From contig CAUYUJ010000192.1 in assembly GCA_963575745.1 (NCBI GenBank), positions 310,001 to 374,000 of the forward strand: a DNA stretch of 64,000 bases. Direction: 5' to 3'. Source of the stretch: Prorocentrum cordatum. Taxonomy: Eukaryota. A program made the translations under genes and the position numbers. Below are positions 10,601 to 21,149 of the stretch, piece after piece. A model generated the notes under the pieces. The model saw nothing but the letters and a program-made list of their open reading frames with translations, was not told where the DNA came from and ran no database searches. Position 1 is the first letter of the stretch. Each line of letters opens with the position of its first letter.

Positions 10601-12384
10601 TGATGCGCGGCTCGATCTGCGCCCCGGCGCCGGCGCTGACGCCGGCGCTGTCGGCGCGGCGTCGGATGTCGGCGGGTGCTGCGGCAGCGGGGGCTGCGCT
10701 GGATAATGTCCGAATGCGACTGCCGATCCCGATGCCGATGAACTCGGCGCCTGTGCGCAGCTGGGCCCATCCGAGGAGCGCGCGAAGAGGTCGCCGTCGT
10801 AGTCGCGCCCCTCGGGAAAGGCCGCTGGAATATTGCGGCGCCGGCCGAGGCGCCGCCCATCCCAGGCTGGGTTCTCGCCGTCGACCGCAGCCTTCGCCTC
10901 GGCAGAGCGCGGGCCAGACTCGATCGTGTTATTCTGTCTCATGATCGTGCAGGGTCACAAAAATGCCGAAGCCGATGGTGATTCCCGAGAACAGGATGGC
11001 CGCCATCAAGGATAAGTAGACGGTGTAGTCTGGCGTCGTCGTAGGTGTAGGCGCAGGCTGACTTTTACCTTGCCCAGGCAGGCAATCAGAGCCGGGGCGA
11101 GCGGGCGGGGGCATCCACCTCGACGGTTCGACGGCCGCGACGCAGGACAGCGACTCCTTGCCACCGGCGAGCCCCAACAGGTGGATCTGAAAACTGGCGT
11201 TGGGAGCGACTGGTCTGATCAGCGCGCTGGAAAGCGACGCCGTGGACCACTGCGTAGGAGTCGCCGGCTTCGCCGTCGCCCAAGTGAGCGACAAGGTCCC
11301 CCCGCTGGAGGAGGGGGCGGCGGCGAAGGCAGGCGCGGATCTTGTTGCTAGAATGTTGCCCATCGAGACCGCGGTGGATGGAGACAGGCGCCGCAATTTC
11401 AAGGGGGCCGCGAAGTGTCCAAGTGCGAAAAATGCAAAGACTTGGCCCACTCGCGGGCCGCGGACGGCCTCATGGCGCGAGCAGCTCATCGCCGAGCAAG
11501 ATCCGCATCCTCGGAGTCGTCATACGAGGTGGCGCCGCCAATGTGGACTGAGCGTGGCCGACATGGGGGTCGGAGACCACGGGTCGGCAACGCGCGTTCC
11601 GGGGCGTGCCATCTCGCACGACGAGCTCAACATCGCGGAACTGGTGTGCGCGGAGCTTTTGTCGCGCAAGGCCCCGCCCGCGCCGGCGCGACCAGTCGGC
11701 GCAGCATGCGCGCCCCTGCCGCGGAGGGCGCAGGCGCTGACACTGGCGCCATCGCGAGAGCAGGGTGTCTCTCGGACGAGTCCCTGAGGTTCAGGTTCAG
11801 GGGGTTGCTGAAGATCTGCGGGGGCTGCGTCGTCACCGTGGACAGCAGCAAGGTCGTCGGCAGCCAGAGCGGCAGCAGCGCCTGAGTCCAAGGCGGGCGC
11901 CGCAGGTGGCGGCTCCGCTGGCGGCTCCGCCAACAATTGCAGCGGCGGCTGCCCCCCGTCTCCTCCCGAAGGCGGCGGGGCCGGTCCTCCGCTGCCGCTG
12001 GCTTCTCCATTGGTTGTGAAATCGTCATCTCCTTATTTTCGCTGCATTTACTAAGCGAAATTGTGCGCGCGTCGGTTCGCTGCGCTGTTCTCTATGTTGC
12101 CAAATTTTTGCGCATGCGTGGCTGATGGCTGCGACTGCGCCGGCATCGCTGGCGGTGGAAGCTGCGCCTCGCTGCGAGGGCGATTCTGAGGCGCGGGACC
12201 TGGGAGATCGAAGAAAGTGCCCTCGGCGTCGCCCGGAGGTGCAGGTCCACCATGCCCTCCTCCGGGCCCACGCGGTGGATTTCCACCGCCTCCTCCGCCG
12301 CCTCCTCCGGGATCTGGTGGCGGCGCGTCTCCTGGCGGGCCGCCAGGAGGAGGCGCTGGCGGCTGTCTGCCGCGCGGCGCGTTC

Positions 12385-13430
12385 AGCGCATGGCCCCGCG
12401 GCACGAGCTCAGATGCCGCGGCGCGGCGCAGGTGTCCTCGATTGACCTTCGCGGTCGCAGGGCGATGGCTGACCCAGACGCTCGGGGCGCCCTCGAAACC
12501 GATGATAGCGCCGGGCCCATGCCACTGCAAAGCCTACTTTCGCTTGGGCTTGAAATTGCCCCCCCCAGTCGCCAGTCTGGTAGACGTCGCTGGCGCGCTG
12601 GGCTCCGTCTGCCCGGAAACGGGCCAGCAGCGCCCTCGAAAGGGAACGGTTGAACCTCAGCTGCTGGGCGGAGGTCTGAGCGGCCTTCGCGATGGCGATC
12701 CTCTCTGAGAACGGCTTGTCGGACACGATGCGCTCGCGCAGGGAAAGCCTGCCGGCGCTGTCCAGCTAGGGGGGCCGAAGGCCTCGTCCGAGCACCCATT
12801 GCGACGGCGAGTAGCCCGCCGTGGAATTAACCTGGCTGTTCATGGCCCAGCGCACGGAGGCAATCAGCCTCTGCACCTTGTGAGCGAACTCGGGCTGGTC
12901 GAGGCTGATGCTGAACTGGTCAGTCAGTTTCCTCGCGTGCACCTTCCACAGGCCTCCGCGTCGCTCCACGGTAGCGTTTTGCTGCGGCGCAGCCGCAGAG
13001 GTCGTCATCGAGCGGCAACCCATGTCCCCCAGCTCCATGAAAACTCTCGCTCGAACTCGCCTCCTCCATCAAAGATGCCGCGTTGAGGTGCGCCGAAGGG
13101 CGTGATCCAAATCTGTAGCGGCCGAGCGAATGCAGCTGGTGGGCGCCATGATGCGACTTCGCCGCACACCGTGGAACCCGAGGCCAGGTCGACCACGTTC
13201 AGGTAGACCAGCTGATTACCCGCGTAGTCGGCCAGTGTGAAGAGGTCCACTCCGATGGACTCGTTGGAACCCCTCTCCAGTCGGATCCTTCTTGGCAGGT
13301 GTGGTAGATGTCGTTAGTGTGCTGCACAGTCCATGGATCACTGTGACCCACCTGCAACGCGGATGGCTCGGGCAACGGCGTCGTTGGACGGGTGCCCTGT
13401 GTTTGCGTGGAGCTGCATCACGGCGGATCT
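12385..13430 (-). pseudogene. Retroviral-type integrase (zinc-finger start, DDE core, C-terminal domain), frameshifted
   Basis: LHANTGHPSND (~13380-13412); DLF..LNVVDLAS..WITPFGAP..DGGGEF; APQQNATVERRGG..GYSPSQWVLGR; WHGPGAIIGFEG..VWVSH..HLR. Confidence 0.85.
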
Positions 13431-13557
13431 GAGCGCCCGCTCCTCCGGGGCCGTGACCGCTGGTTCCTGGGCTGCTGCAGCGGCCGGAACCGTCCGTCTG
13501 CTTGCCCTCGTTGTCGTAGGATGTGCTGCGCGTAACGGGCCGGCAATTTGGTCGACG

Positions 13558-14208
13558 CAGTTGCGTGGCCAACGCCTTCGCGGGCTTGTTCGCGCAGTTC
13601 TCGCTGCTATTCGCGTCCTTGCCGCGAGCCTCTGTGTGGGGGTGCGATCTGTCGCAGAAGCTCCTTTGCGAGTCGTCGAATCCGCAATGGTCCGCGGTGA
13701 TCCTCCGCGACATCTTAATATGGGCCCCCTTCTTCATCTTGAGGTCGAACGCGTAGCCGTCGCAGTCTACGACTCGAGGGAGCTGCTCCTTCTGCCGCCT
13801 GGCGATCGCGTTCGTGTTGGAGCCCCATCCGTCGCAGCATCTCGGCCACTCAAACGAGACGGCGAGCTGGGCGCCGAACTCCTTGCGCAGCCGGGACATC
13901 GACTGCAAGAACAGGCCGATCATGAGCTTGGACTGGGCCCGGCCCCTCCTGAGCTGCGGGACCTCGCCCGGGTCGATCTCGACGACAAGGTGCTGTAGCG
14001 AGGTCCACGGCTGGCCAGGGAAGGCCGCGTGAACCCTCGTGCTCTCGCCGCCGGCAGGGTTCTTCCTGATCCTGTCCTCCAGCTCATTGACCGCGAACCG
14101 TCGTGAGAGGTCGTGGCCTGGAAGACTCCGTCTGGCAGCAGTTCCCCCACTCCTTCTCCAAGTGGCGCTGAGCTTGCTGTCCGGGCTGCAGCACCGCTCG
14201 TAAAGCAC
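13558..14208 (-). pseudogene. C5 DNA cytosine methyltransferase-like domain within pol
   Basis: In ORF 13216-14649, motifs occur in DNMT order: VLYERCCSPDS (I-like), HAAFPGQPW (IV, PC changed to PG), VSFEWP (VI), DGYAFDL..IKMSRRI (VIII-like), CDRSHPH..RG..SENC..AKAL (IX/X-like). Confidence 0.7.
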
Positions 14209-14859
14209 GGTGCTGTTCGATGCAGGTGAAGGGCTGGATCGGGTAGTGGACTTGGCCAGGCCAGCGTTCAATGCCTGGCTGACCTGGCGCGGCTGAATGC
14301 CACTCTTGCCGGTGACGGAAGCCGAACGATTTCCTGCGATCAGCTGCGGCTTCGCCCCCTTCTTGAGCGCCCCCGCGCGTGGCTGCTCCTCATCCGCGAT
14401 GTTGACCTCGTTCTGGTTGGTCAACTCGGCGTCGTAGCCCAGGGTCACGGGCGCGCCGGACACGCAGCCCGACCAGAAACCCGGGTGGCTGCAGGCGTCG
14501 CAGGCCTTCTCGCCGCAGGCGATACAGTCCTGCAGCGGCTCGGTGACGCACGCGGCGGGATAGGCGGTCTGCGGCAGCGTCGCCAGCGTGAGACTCGGTG
14601 ATGGAGTAGCGGTGGAGCAGCCAACCAGAGCTGAAGCCACGGCGGACATCAGCCGCGACCTTTTCGGGCGGCGAAGCTGAAGTCGCCTCGGGACGTTCAG
14701 CTCTGTCTTCGGGACGAGCCCTTTTGATCGCGTCGATCAGCGTGTCTGTCCTAGTCGTAGCGTTGACACTCGGCTCGCGGCAAGTCCCAGGTCGGTTGGC
14801 TGGCTTGCTTAGTCGCCCCATTCCAGCGTCCTTGATGGCCCGCCAGTCCTCCGGCTCAA

Positions 14860-15240
14860 GTCGGTCGCAGGGTGGCCCGCGCTCCTCGCAATGAGCTTCT
14901 GGGTTGAGTTCCCGATGCGAATCTTGCCCTTCCAAAGAGATATGTCGATCTTGGAAGGCAAGATGAAGCCCCGGCCGATGAGCAGGCCGAGCGCAGGGCT
15001 GTCCACGGCGCTAAACACGACGCGGCCAGCCTGGCCGCAGAGCGCCAGCGGCACGGCAACGCGCATCTCGCTCGGGGGCGCGCCCCCGCCGCCGAACCCG
15101 AAGGCCTCGTCCCCAGGCTCTTCGAGGACCTGGTCGCCAAGGCCCATCTTGGCAAGGGTGCCCTTGTAGTTCTCGCGCCACTTCACGCCCGCGACGCAGA
15201 AAAGGCAGGCCGCGCCCATCGCGCCGACGCCTTCGCCCAC
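14860..15240 (-). pseudogene. Retropepsin-like aspartic protease (catalytic Asp lost)
   Basis: GAMGAACLFCVAG..W (from DTAC), EAFGFGGG flap, VPLALCG, and GLLIGRGF (from LLIGRDF). Confidence 0.75.
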
Positions 15241-15879
15241 GGGCTCGTCGCCGTTGGCCGAGACGTTGACGGCAAGTCGTGGGCCAGCCGCTCTGAGACG
15301 CGCGCCTCTGGAGGCGGCGTCGCGGGCCCCTGCGGACGCAGGGCAATCTCCTCGTCCGCGAACTGGACCTGCTCGGTGATGCGAGCGCGGCTCCTCGTGC
15401 GACCTCTACGGCGCCCGCGCCCTCCGCCCTTGGACGCACCGTCGTTGGGCGCGAACTTGCGAGCCTGGCGCGGGGCGCTCTTTGTCCCCTGTTCAACGCC
15501 CGGTCCCGCAGCAACCCCAGCACTGCGACGTCTTCTTGCGCTGGTTGACCCGGCTATGCAGCTTCGCTGGGCGACGCGAGGGCGCGGGCATGCGCGACTT
15601 GCCGCGGCCTTTGAGGGCCCCCCGGGCCGATCAGATGGCGGCCGCGGCCTCGGGAATGGCAGCGAGCTCCGCCGCGGCGGCCCTGCTCTCGGCAGAATCG
15701 TCGCCGTCGAACAGCTCGGAGTCGCCCACGTTGGAGGAATCGAGCCTGGCGCGGCAAGCCTCGAGCACCTCGGGGGCCTTGCCCTCGTGGTCCTCCTCTG
15801 GTTCTTTGTCGTCGTCGGGCTCGTCGACGACGCCGGTGGAGCGCCCTCCACGGCTGGGGGGCCTCCACCTCGCCAGCCG

Positions 15880-16232
15880 CCTTGCTGGCGCGACCAGCCG
15901 GTCACGTCGTCCAGCGCGTTGAGGTCCACCTCGTTCTCGCGCAACTGCTGCAGACCGGTCTGGAAGCGGATGTACAAGTCCGTCATGCGTTCGCATGTGC
16001 GTCGGCATTGCTGAGCCGACTCGGAAAACTTCTCGAGGGAATCGCCCTTTTGCACGGGCTTCTGCTGACCCGAGCTCGCCTCCGAATGTTGCAGAACACT
16101 ATCGATGCCGACCTGGTTCCTATCGCGCTTCTTCTCGTCGGCGTCGTCTATGTTGGGATCGACAGCAGGATGTAGTTGCGCCTCCGTCGTAATTAATGCT
16201 GCACTCTTGGCCGTCCCTGCGAGCCTGAGCAC
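15880..16232 (-). pseudogene. gag remnant
   Basis: LRLAGTAKSAAL..GIDSVLQH..ERMTDLYIRF; lies between PBS and protease. Confidence 0.55.
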
Positions 16233-16294
16233 AGGTAGGTATGACTGAATGTCAAGAACTGGCGAAATTGCCCGTCATCTTGATAAGGAAGAGG

Positions 16295-16765
16295 ATGCTG
16301 GCGTCGCTGACGCTGGCGTATGAGACATAGTGGCTGGCGTCGCTGACGCTGGCCTTGGAAATGTAGTATGCCGCGTCGCTGACGCTGGCGTAGGAAATGT
16401 AGTGTGCGGCGTCGCCGACGCTGCTGACGCGAGGTTTATCGCAATGGGCGTCGTTGAAGACGCTGTCCTGCGAGAGAAAGAGAAAGAGAGAGAGAGAGAG
16501 AAAGAGAAAAACAAAAAAGAGAGCACTGAGGAAACAGCTGTCGCCAGATATATAAGAAGTGGGTAGGATGTGTAGTATGTGGCAGCGTCGCTGACGCTGC
16601 TGTTGGATATGTAGTAGCCGAAGGCGCAAACGCTGGCGTCGCAGGACGCTGGCGCTGGAGTTGGGAAGGTAGGCGTCGATGCTGGCGTCGCAGACGCTGA
16701 CCTTGGTGCTGGCGTCGTAGACGCTGGCGTTGGTGCTGGCGTCGCCGACGCTTACGTAGGCGCTG
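16295..16765. repeat. GCTGGCGTCGCTGAC-based tandem repeats with AG microsatellite inside the LTR element
   Basis: Recurrent gctggcgtcg(c/t)..gac units, ~42-bp period at 16297-16430. Confidence 0.8.
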
Positions 16766-16860
16766 ATCAGCAGCACGAGGAAGCCGCTGGGCTTCGATTC
16801 CGTCGGACGTGTCGCAAACGCCGTCGTGATATGCACGGCCCAAAGGCCGGGGCAGCGAGC

Positions 16861-16877
16861 AAAGCTCCCAGCTACCA
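16861..16877 (-). promoter_or_regulatory. Primer-binding site (probably tRNA-iMet)
   Basis: Minus strand TGGTAGCTGGGAGC begins 1 nt after the 5' LTR's terminal CA; TGGTAGC is complementary to the ..GCUACCA end of initiator tRNA-Met. Confidence 0.65.
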
Positions 16878-16878
16878 C

Positions 16879-17122
16879 TGTGATATGGATGGCGCGGGCG
16901 GCGCGGCAATCTGTGTCGTATGAGAGCGCTGCTCGATCAAATCGCGCAGGTCTAAGGCCAAAGGCCCTATTCGAGAATAAACGGCGGCGGCAAGGATACA
17001 TACAAACAAAGAGAGCAGACAGGGAGAGAAACACGGGTGCGCATCCTCTGGGCCTTTTTAAGTTTTCAGGGGGAACCTCTTCGGGCCTCTCTCTCTTTTC
17101 CCGGGAGTGAGCTTGAATCACA
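16879..17122 (-). repeat. 5' LTR (244 bp, TGTGAT..ATCACA)
   Basis: Canonical TG..CA ends with a 6-bp terminal inverted repeat. Confidence 0.9.
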
Positions 17123-17263
17123 GGGGGGACCAAGTGACGCACTGGAAAAATACTAACACAACAAAATCAGACGAATCATCCGAATGAAAAGACCCAGAAA
17201 AAAATATTAATACGAATAATAAAAAGAAGATGAAGAAGAGAAGGAGGGAGAGACACGCGCGCC

Positions 17264-17387
17264 CCACTCTTCGCAAAGTAACTACTCGCGGATAGCCCGG
17301 ATCCGGCGCGGGGGATCTTCAATCCACGATACCACGAGGCGAACATATGTTTTTCATGTTTGCAGGTAGACACTTTGCGAGTAGTGG
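17264..17387. mobile_element. MITE-like element (CCAC..TCGCAAAG / CTTTGCGA..GTGG)
   Basis: Imperfect TIRs; related copy at ~21570-21698. Confidence 0.55.
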
Positions 17388-18279
17388 ACCACGCTCGGTG
17401 AAAGAAGAAGGAGCCTCAATATCCACACGCACACCTACGGCAAGTTCGTGTCGTGCCGACTTCGGCGTCGGTTTCTGACAAAGCGGGGATCGTTTAACCT
17501 TGAACGACTGGCCCTTCCCGAAACACTAAGCCGTTCAGCATCGACCAGTTCTGGGTCGCGGGCGGCGTTCAGTGTTAAACGCCGGCAGCGGGGTCGCCGC
17601 CAGTCGACACGACGTGAACCTGGCGTAATCATTCGGGGGCGCACAAGCATGGATATTCATGTATTTGGCGCGCGGTCGCCAAATTCATGGATCGGGGGAG
17701 GTGCCCTCCCCAAAATGCAGCCGGTGCCTCCTCGCTCGGCGGCGGGAATCTGCGATTTCCCACGGAAACTCGACCCGTCGCCAATCCACGCCCCCTTGGT
17801 CCATGCTTGCGATCGCCCGAGTCATCACTCCCCTCCTACAAGCCTCGTCAAAAATAAACAGAAGACTTCTGAATTCGGTGATTGTGGGGTCAGCGCCACT
17901 CCAATGCTGACGGAATCCTGTTGACTCGGACACGGCGTTGTCCAAAAACCGACCCCACCCTCTCAGCATTGAAGAACGCGCTTCCTGACAAGTGCCCGGA
18001 AGTATCGTGCCCCAGGATTTCGACTTCCATTTCTGGATATTTTGACGAGGCTTGTAGGACGCCCCCGAGAAGCGCGGTGCGGAATCCGCGATTTCCCACG
18101 GAAACTGGACCCGTCGCCAATCCACGCCCCCTCGATCCATGTTTGCGATGGCCCGCCCATAGCAAAACCATCGAAGCCCAAGAAACCCAGGGCACCCTGG
18201 AGGCAGGCAGGGTGTTTCTTGGCGGGGGCCTCCACTGCATCGCCCCCCCCATTCCGCGACGCCCAACGCGTCGCCAATC

Positions 18280-18625
18280 TTGGGCGCCCGAGTTATCCGG
18301 GGTAACTCGGGTCCGGGGTAACGCGGGCTCGGATTCCCGAAAAACGAACCCGAGTTAGCCCTGACCCGAGTTACCCCTGATGATTTTGGGGCTCTGGACG
18401 CCCGAGTTATCCGGGTCAACTCGGGCCCGGGATACCTCGGGCTCGGATTCCCGAAAAACGAACCCGAGTTATCCCTGACCCGAGTTACCCCTGATGATTT
18501 TGGGGCTCTGGACGCCCGAGTTATCCGGGGTAACTCGGGCCCGGGGTAACTCGGGTTCGGATTCCCGAAAAAGCGAACCCGAGTTAGCCCTGACCCGAGC
18601 TACCCCTGATGATTCGGGGCTCTGA
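18280..18625. mobile_element. Family E element: 3 x 114-bp palindrome-rich units, 5-bp TSD CAATC
   Basis: Units start at 18281, 18395 and 18509; CCCGAGTTA/TAACTCGGG inverted motifs; CAATC at 18275-18279 and 18626-18630. Confidence 0.8.
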
Positions 18626-19243
18626 CAATCCGCGACGCCCAAGCGTCGCCAATCCACGCCCCCTTGGTCCATGTTTGCGATCGCCCGAGTCATCACTCCT
18701 GAAGGGGCCCTGGGACACACGAATAAATGCACACAAATAACAGGATCCTCCATCTTTTCCCATGTTTTCTGGCTTTCTGTCTTCCCCCTCCACTGCCCAT
18801 ATTGCAATTTTTTTCTGGGGCATCGACGATTCATGGTGTCTGTGTGTTTCGTTTCCTCCTGGTTGTTGTGGAGCCTCCCGGTGGCGCCTCGGGAGTCCCT
18901 GCGAGACTCCGATCAAAAGGCGCAGCCTCGAGAGAGGTCGGGGCCGACCTCGTCCAGGGCCTCCTCCTCCTCCTCCTCCTCCTCCTCCTCCTCCTCCTCA
19001 TCCTGTTCCTGGGACTCGACGATTCATTGTGTCTGTGTGTCTCGTTTCCTCCTGAACTCCCCTCCTCGGACGCCCCCGAGGAGCGCGGCGCGGCGAGGGC
19101 CCCCCCCCGCGGCCGGGTCGCGCGCGGCGGGCCTTGGCGGCGCTGGCCACGGCGGGCTCGGCCGCCGCCTCGCGGGGCGAGGAGGGCGCGCGCGCGGAGG
19201 GCGCGCGCGCGCGCGAGGATGGGAAGCTGGGCGAGGGCTGCTA

Positions 19244-19418
19244 CAGTCGGGGCGCTGACCCAAGGAACCCTAAATAAGGAACGGGGCCCCTTTTTCCACA
19301 AGTTAAACTTCGATTTCCCATCGAAAACCCAAGGAGAACCCGAGGCAAGCTGTGAAACAATCAAGGAACACCGAGCCCCTCCACAACGAAAAAGGTTCCC
19401 TCTTCAGCGCCTCGACTG
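19244..19418. mobile_element. pogo/mariner-type MITE (TA|CAGT..ACTG|TA)
   Basis: Longer version of 7705-7817 with TA flanks. Confidence 0.8.
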
Positions 19419-19859
19419 TAAATCCGTGGCTGCTAAAACGGCCCTCCCGTCCGGAAAAAACAACTTCCCGGAAGGAGGCGCGGCGCGCGAAACAATCAAC
19501 GGGCTTCTGCCCGGAAGGACGAAGACAACTTCCCGGAGGCCGATTTTAGCAGCCACGGATTTAGAAGCCCTTGCCCGGCTTCCGAGCTGGGGTCGGAGGA
19601 TCACGTCGCACCGCCGATGCATCGCAGGTGCGTCGGCGTGGAGAGCATCGAGATCGCCGTCCCCCTCTCTCGCCCTCGCTTCGGCTTCGCGCGCTCGCTT
19701 CTCGCACGATGCTCCAGGATGCTCTTCGATGGTCGACCTCGCCGAGAAAAAACGTGCGCACGTCCGAGCGATGTCAAGATCTGCTCGGACCCCATCTGGG
19801 AGGCCTGTGAGGGGGACCCCGACCCCTGGAGCTCCCCTAGAAGAAGAAAAAAAAACATT

Positions 19860-21149
19860 ACTCACTGCGTGGAGCTCCCCATGTGTGCATCTCATGTTTT
19901 ATGTCATGCCATAGTGAGCGTCTGTTCATGAGCGTTTGACTATAATAACGGGCAGGCCCGTGTCCTACCTCCTGGCGGCTCTCCTTAGGGATGCTGAAAC
20001 CAGCGCCGCGCCTGAGACATACTCAAAATCTGCTCTGAAAGCCAAGGATGTTGGGCATGAAAACAAACAAACCGCCTGAGACATTCCCACAAACTGGCAA
20101 CGAACGGGCCCGTGTCCCAACCCCCACCCCCTGACGGCTCCCCTTAGAGGTGCTGAAACCAGCACCCCGCCTGAGACATCCTCACAATCTGCTCTGAATG
20201 CTAAGGATGCTGGGCATGAAAACAAGCAAACCGCCTGAAACATCCCCACAAACTGGCCGCGAACGGGCCCGTGAAAACACCCCTGGCGGCTCCCCTAAGG
20301 GGTGCTGAAACCAGCGCCCCGCCTGAGACATCCTCAAAACCTCCTAGGAAAACCAAGGATGTTGAGCATGAAAACACGCAAACCGCCTGAGACACCCCCA
20401 CAAACTGGCCGCGAACGGGCCCGTGAAAACACCCCTGGCGACTCCCCTTAGGGGTGCTGAAACCAGCGCCCCGCCTCAGACATCCTCGCAATCTGCTCTC
20501 CAAGCGAAAGATGTTGAGCATGAAAACAGGCAAACCGCTTGAGACATCCCCACAAAATGGCCGCGAACGGGCCCGTGCAAACACCCCTGGCGGCTCATCC
20601 TCCAAATCTGATGTGTGTTGAGTAAGTCAGACTAAGAGAAGGTATGAGTATGCGTAGGTCTGAGTATGAGTAAGTATGTGTATGAGTACGTCTGTGTATG
20701 AGTAAGTCTGAGTATGAGTAAGTCTGTGTATGAGAAAGTCTGTGTGTGAGTAAGACTGGGTATGAGTAAGTCTGAGTATAAGTGAGTCCGAGTAGGAGGA
20801 GACGAGAAGAGGAGGGGACGAGAAGAGGAAGGAGGAGGAGGAGTAGGAGGCGTCCAAGTAATAACAAGAACCCCATCCTGGGATAGCGAGACTGAGTATG
20901 AGTAAGTCTGAGTATGACTTGGTCTGAATACAAATGAATATGATCATGAGAAAGTCTGAGTATGAGTAAGTCTGAGTATGACTAGGTCTGAGTATAAATG
21001 AGTCTAAGTGAAGGTAAGTCTGTGCATGGGTAAGTTTGAGGGTGAAGAGAGGAAGGATGAGGAGGAGGGAGGAGAGGAGGGGGTATGGTTCTGGTTGGAG
21101 TCGGCGCCGTTCAAGTATTAACAAGAACCCCATCTTAGGATATGGGGAA
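19860..21149 (-). mobile_element. Helentron/DINE-1-like element, family H (inverted relative of 49119-54122)
   Basis: Has the same head (TTCCCCATATCCTAAGATGGGG), TACTCATACTCAGAC satellite, ~152-bp tandem units and tail (ATGGGGAGCTCCACGCAGTGA), all in reverse orientation. Confidence 0.7.

Larger units (their letters stand above)
9524..17122 (-). mobile_element. Decayed copia-order LTR retrotransposon carrying a cytosine-methyltransferase-like domain
   Basis: Direct-repeat LTRs at 9524-9713 and 16879-17122, PBS, PPT, and gag-PR-MTase-INT-RT-RH remnants in order on the minus strand; many frameshifts and stops. No TSD recognisable. Confidence 0.85.

Noticed and set aside
9516..17130. Target-site duplication of the LTR element
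   Set aside because: The flanks GTGTG and GGGGG do not match, so no TSD is claimed.
19863..19880. CACTG as a CACTA-superfamily terminus (also CAGTG near 50644, 52304 and 54119)
   Set aside because: No matching opposite TIR; it is better explained as the small 3' stem-loop next to the Helentron-like subTIR.
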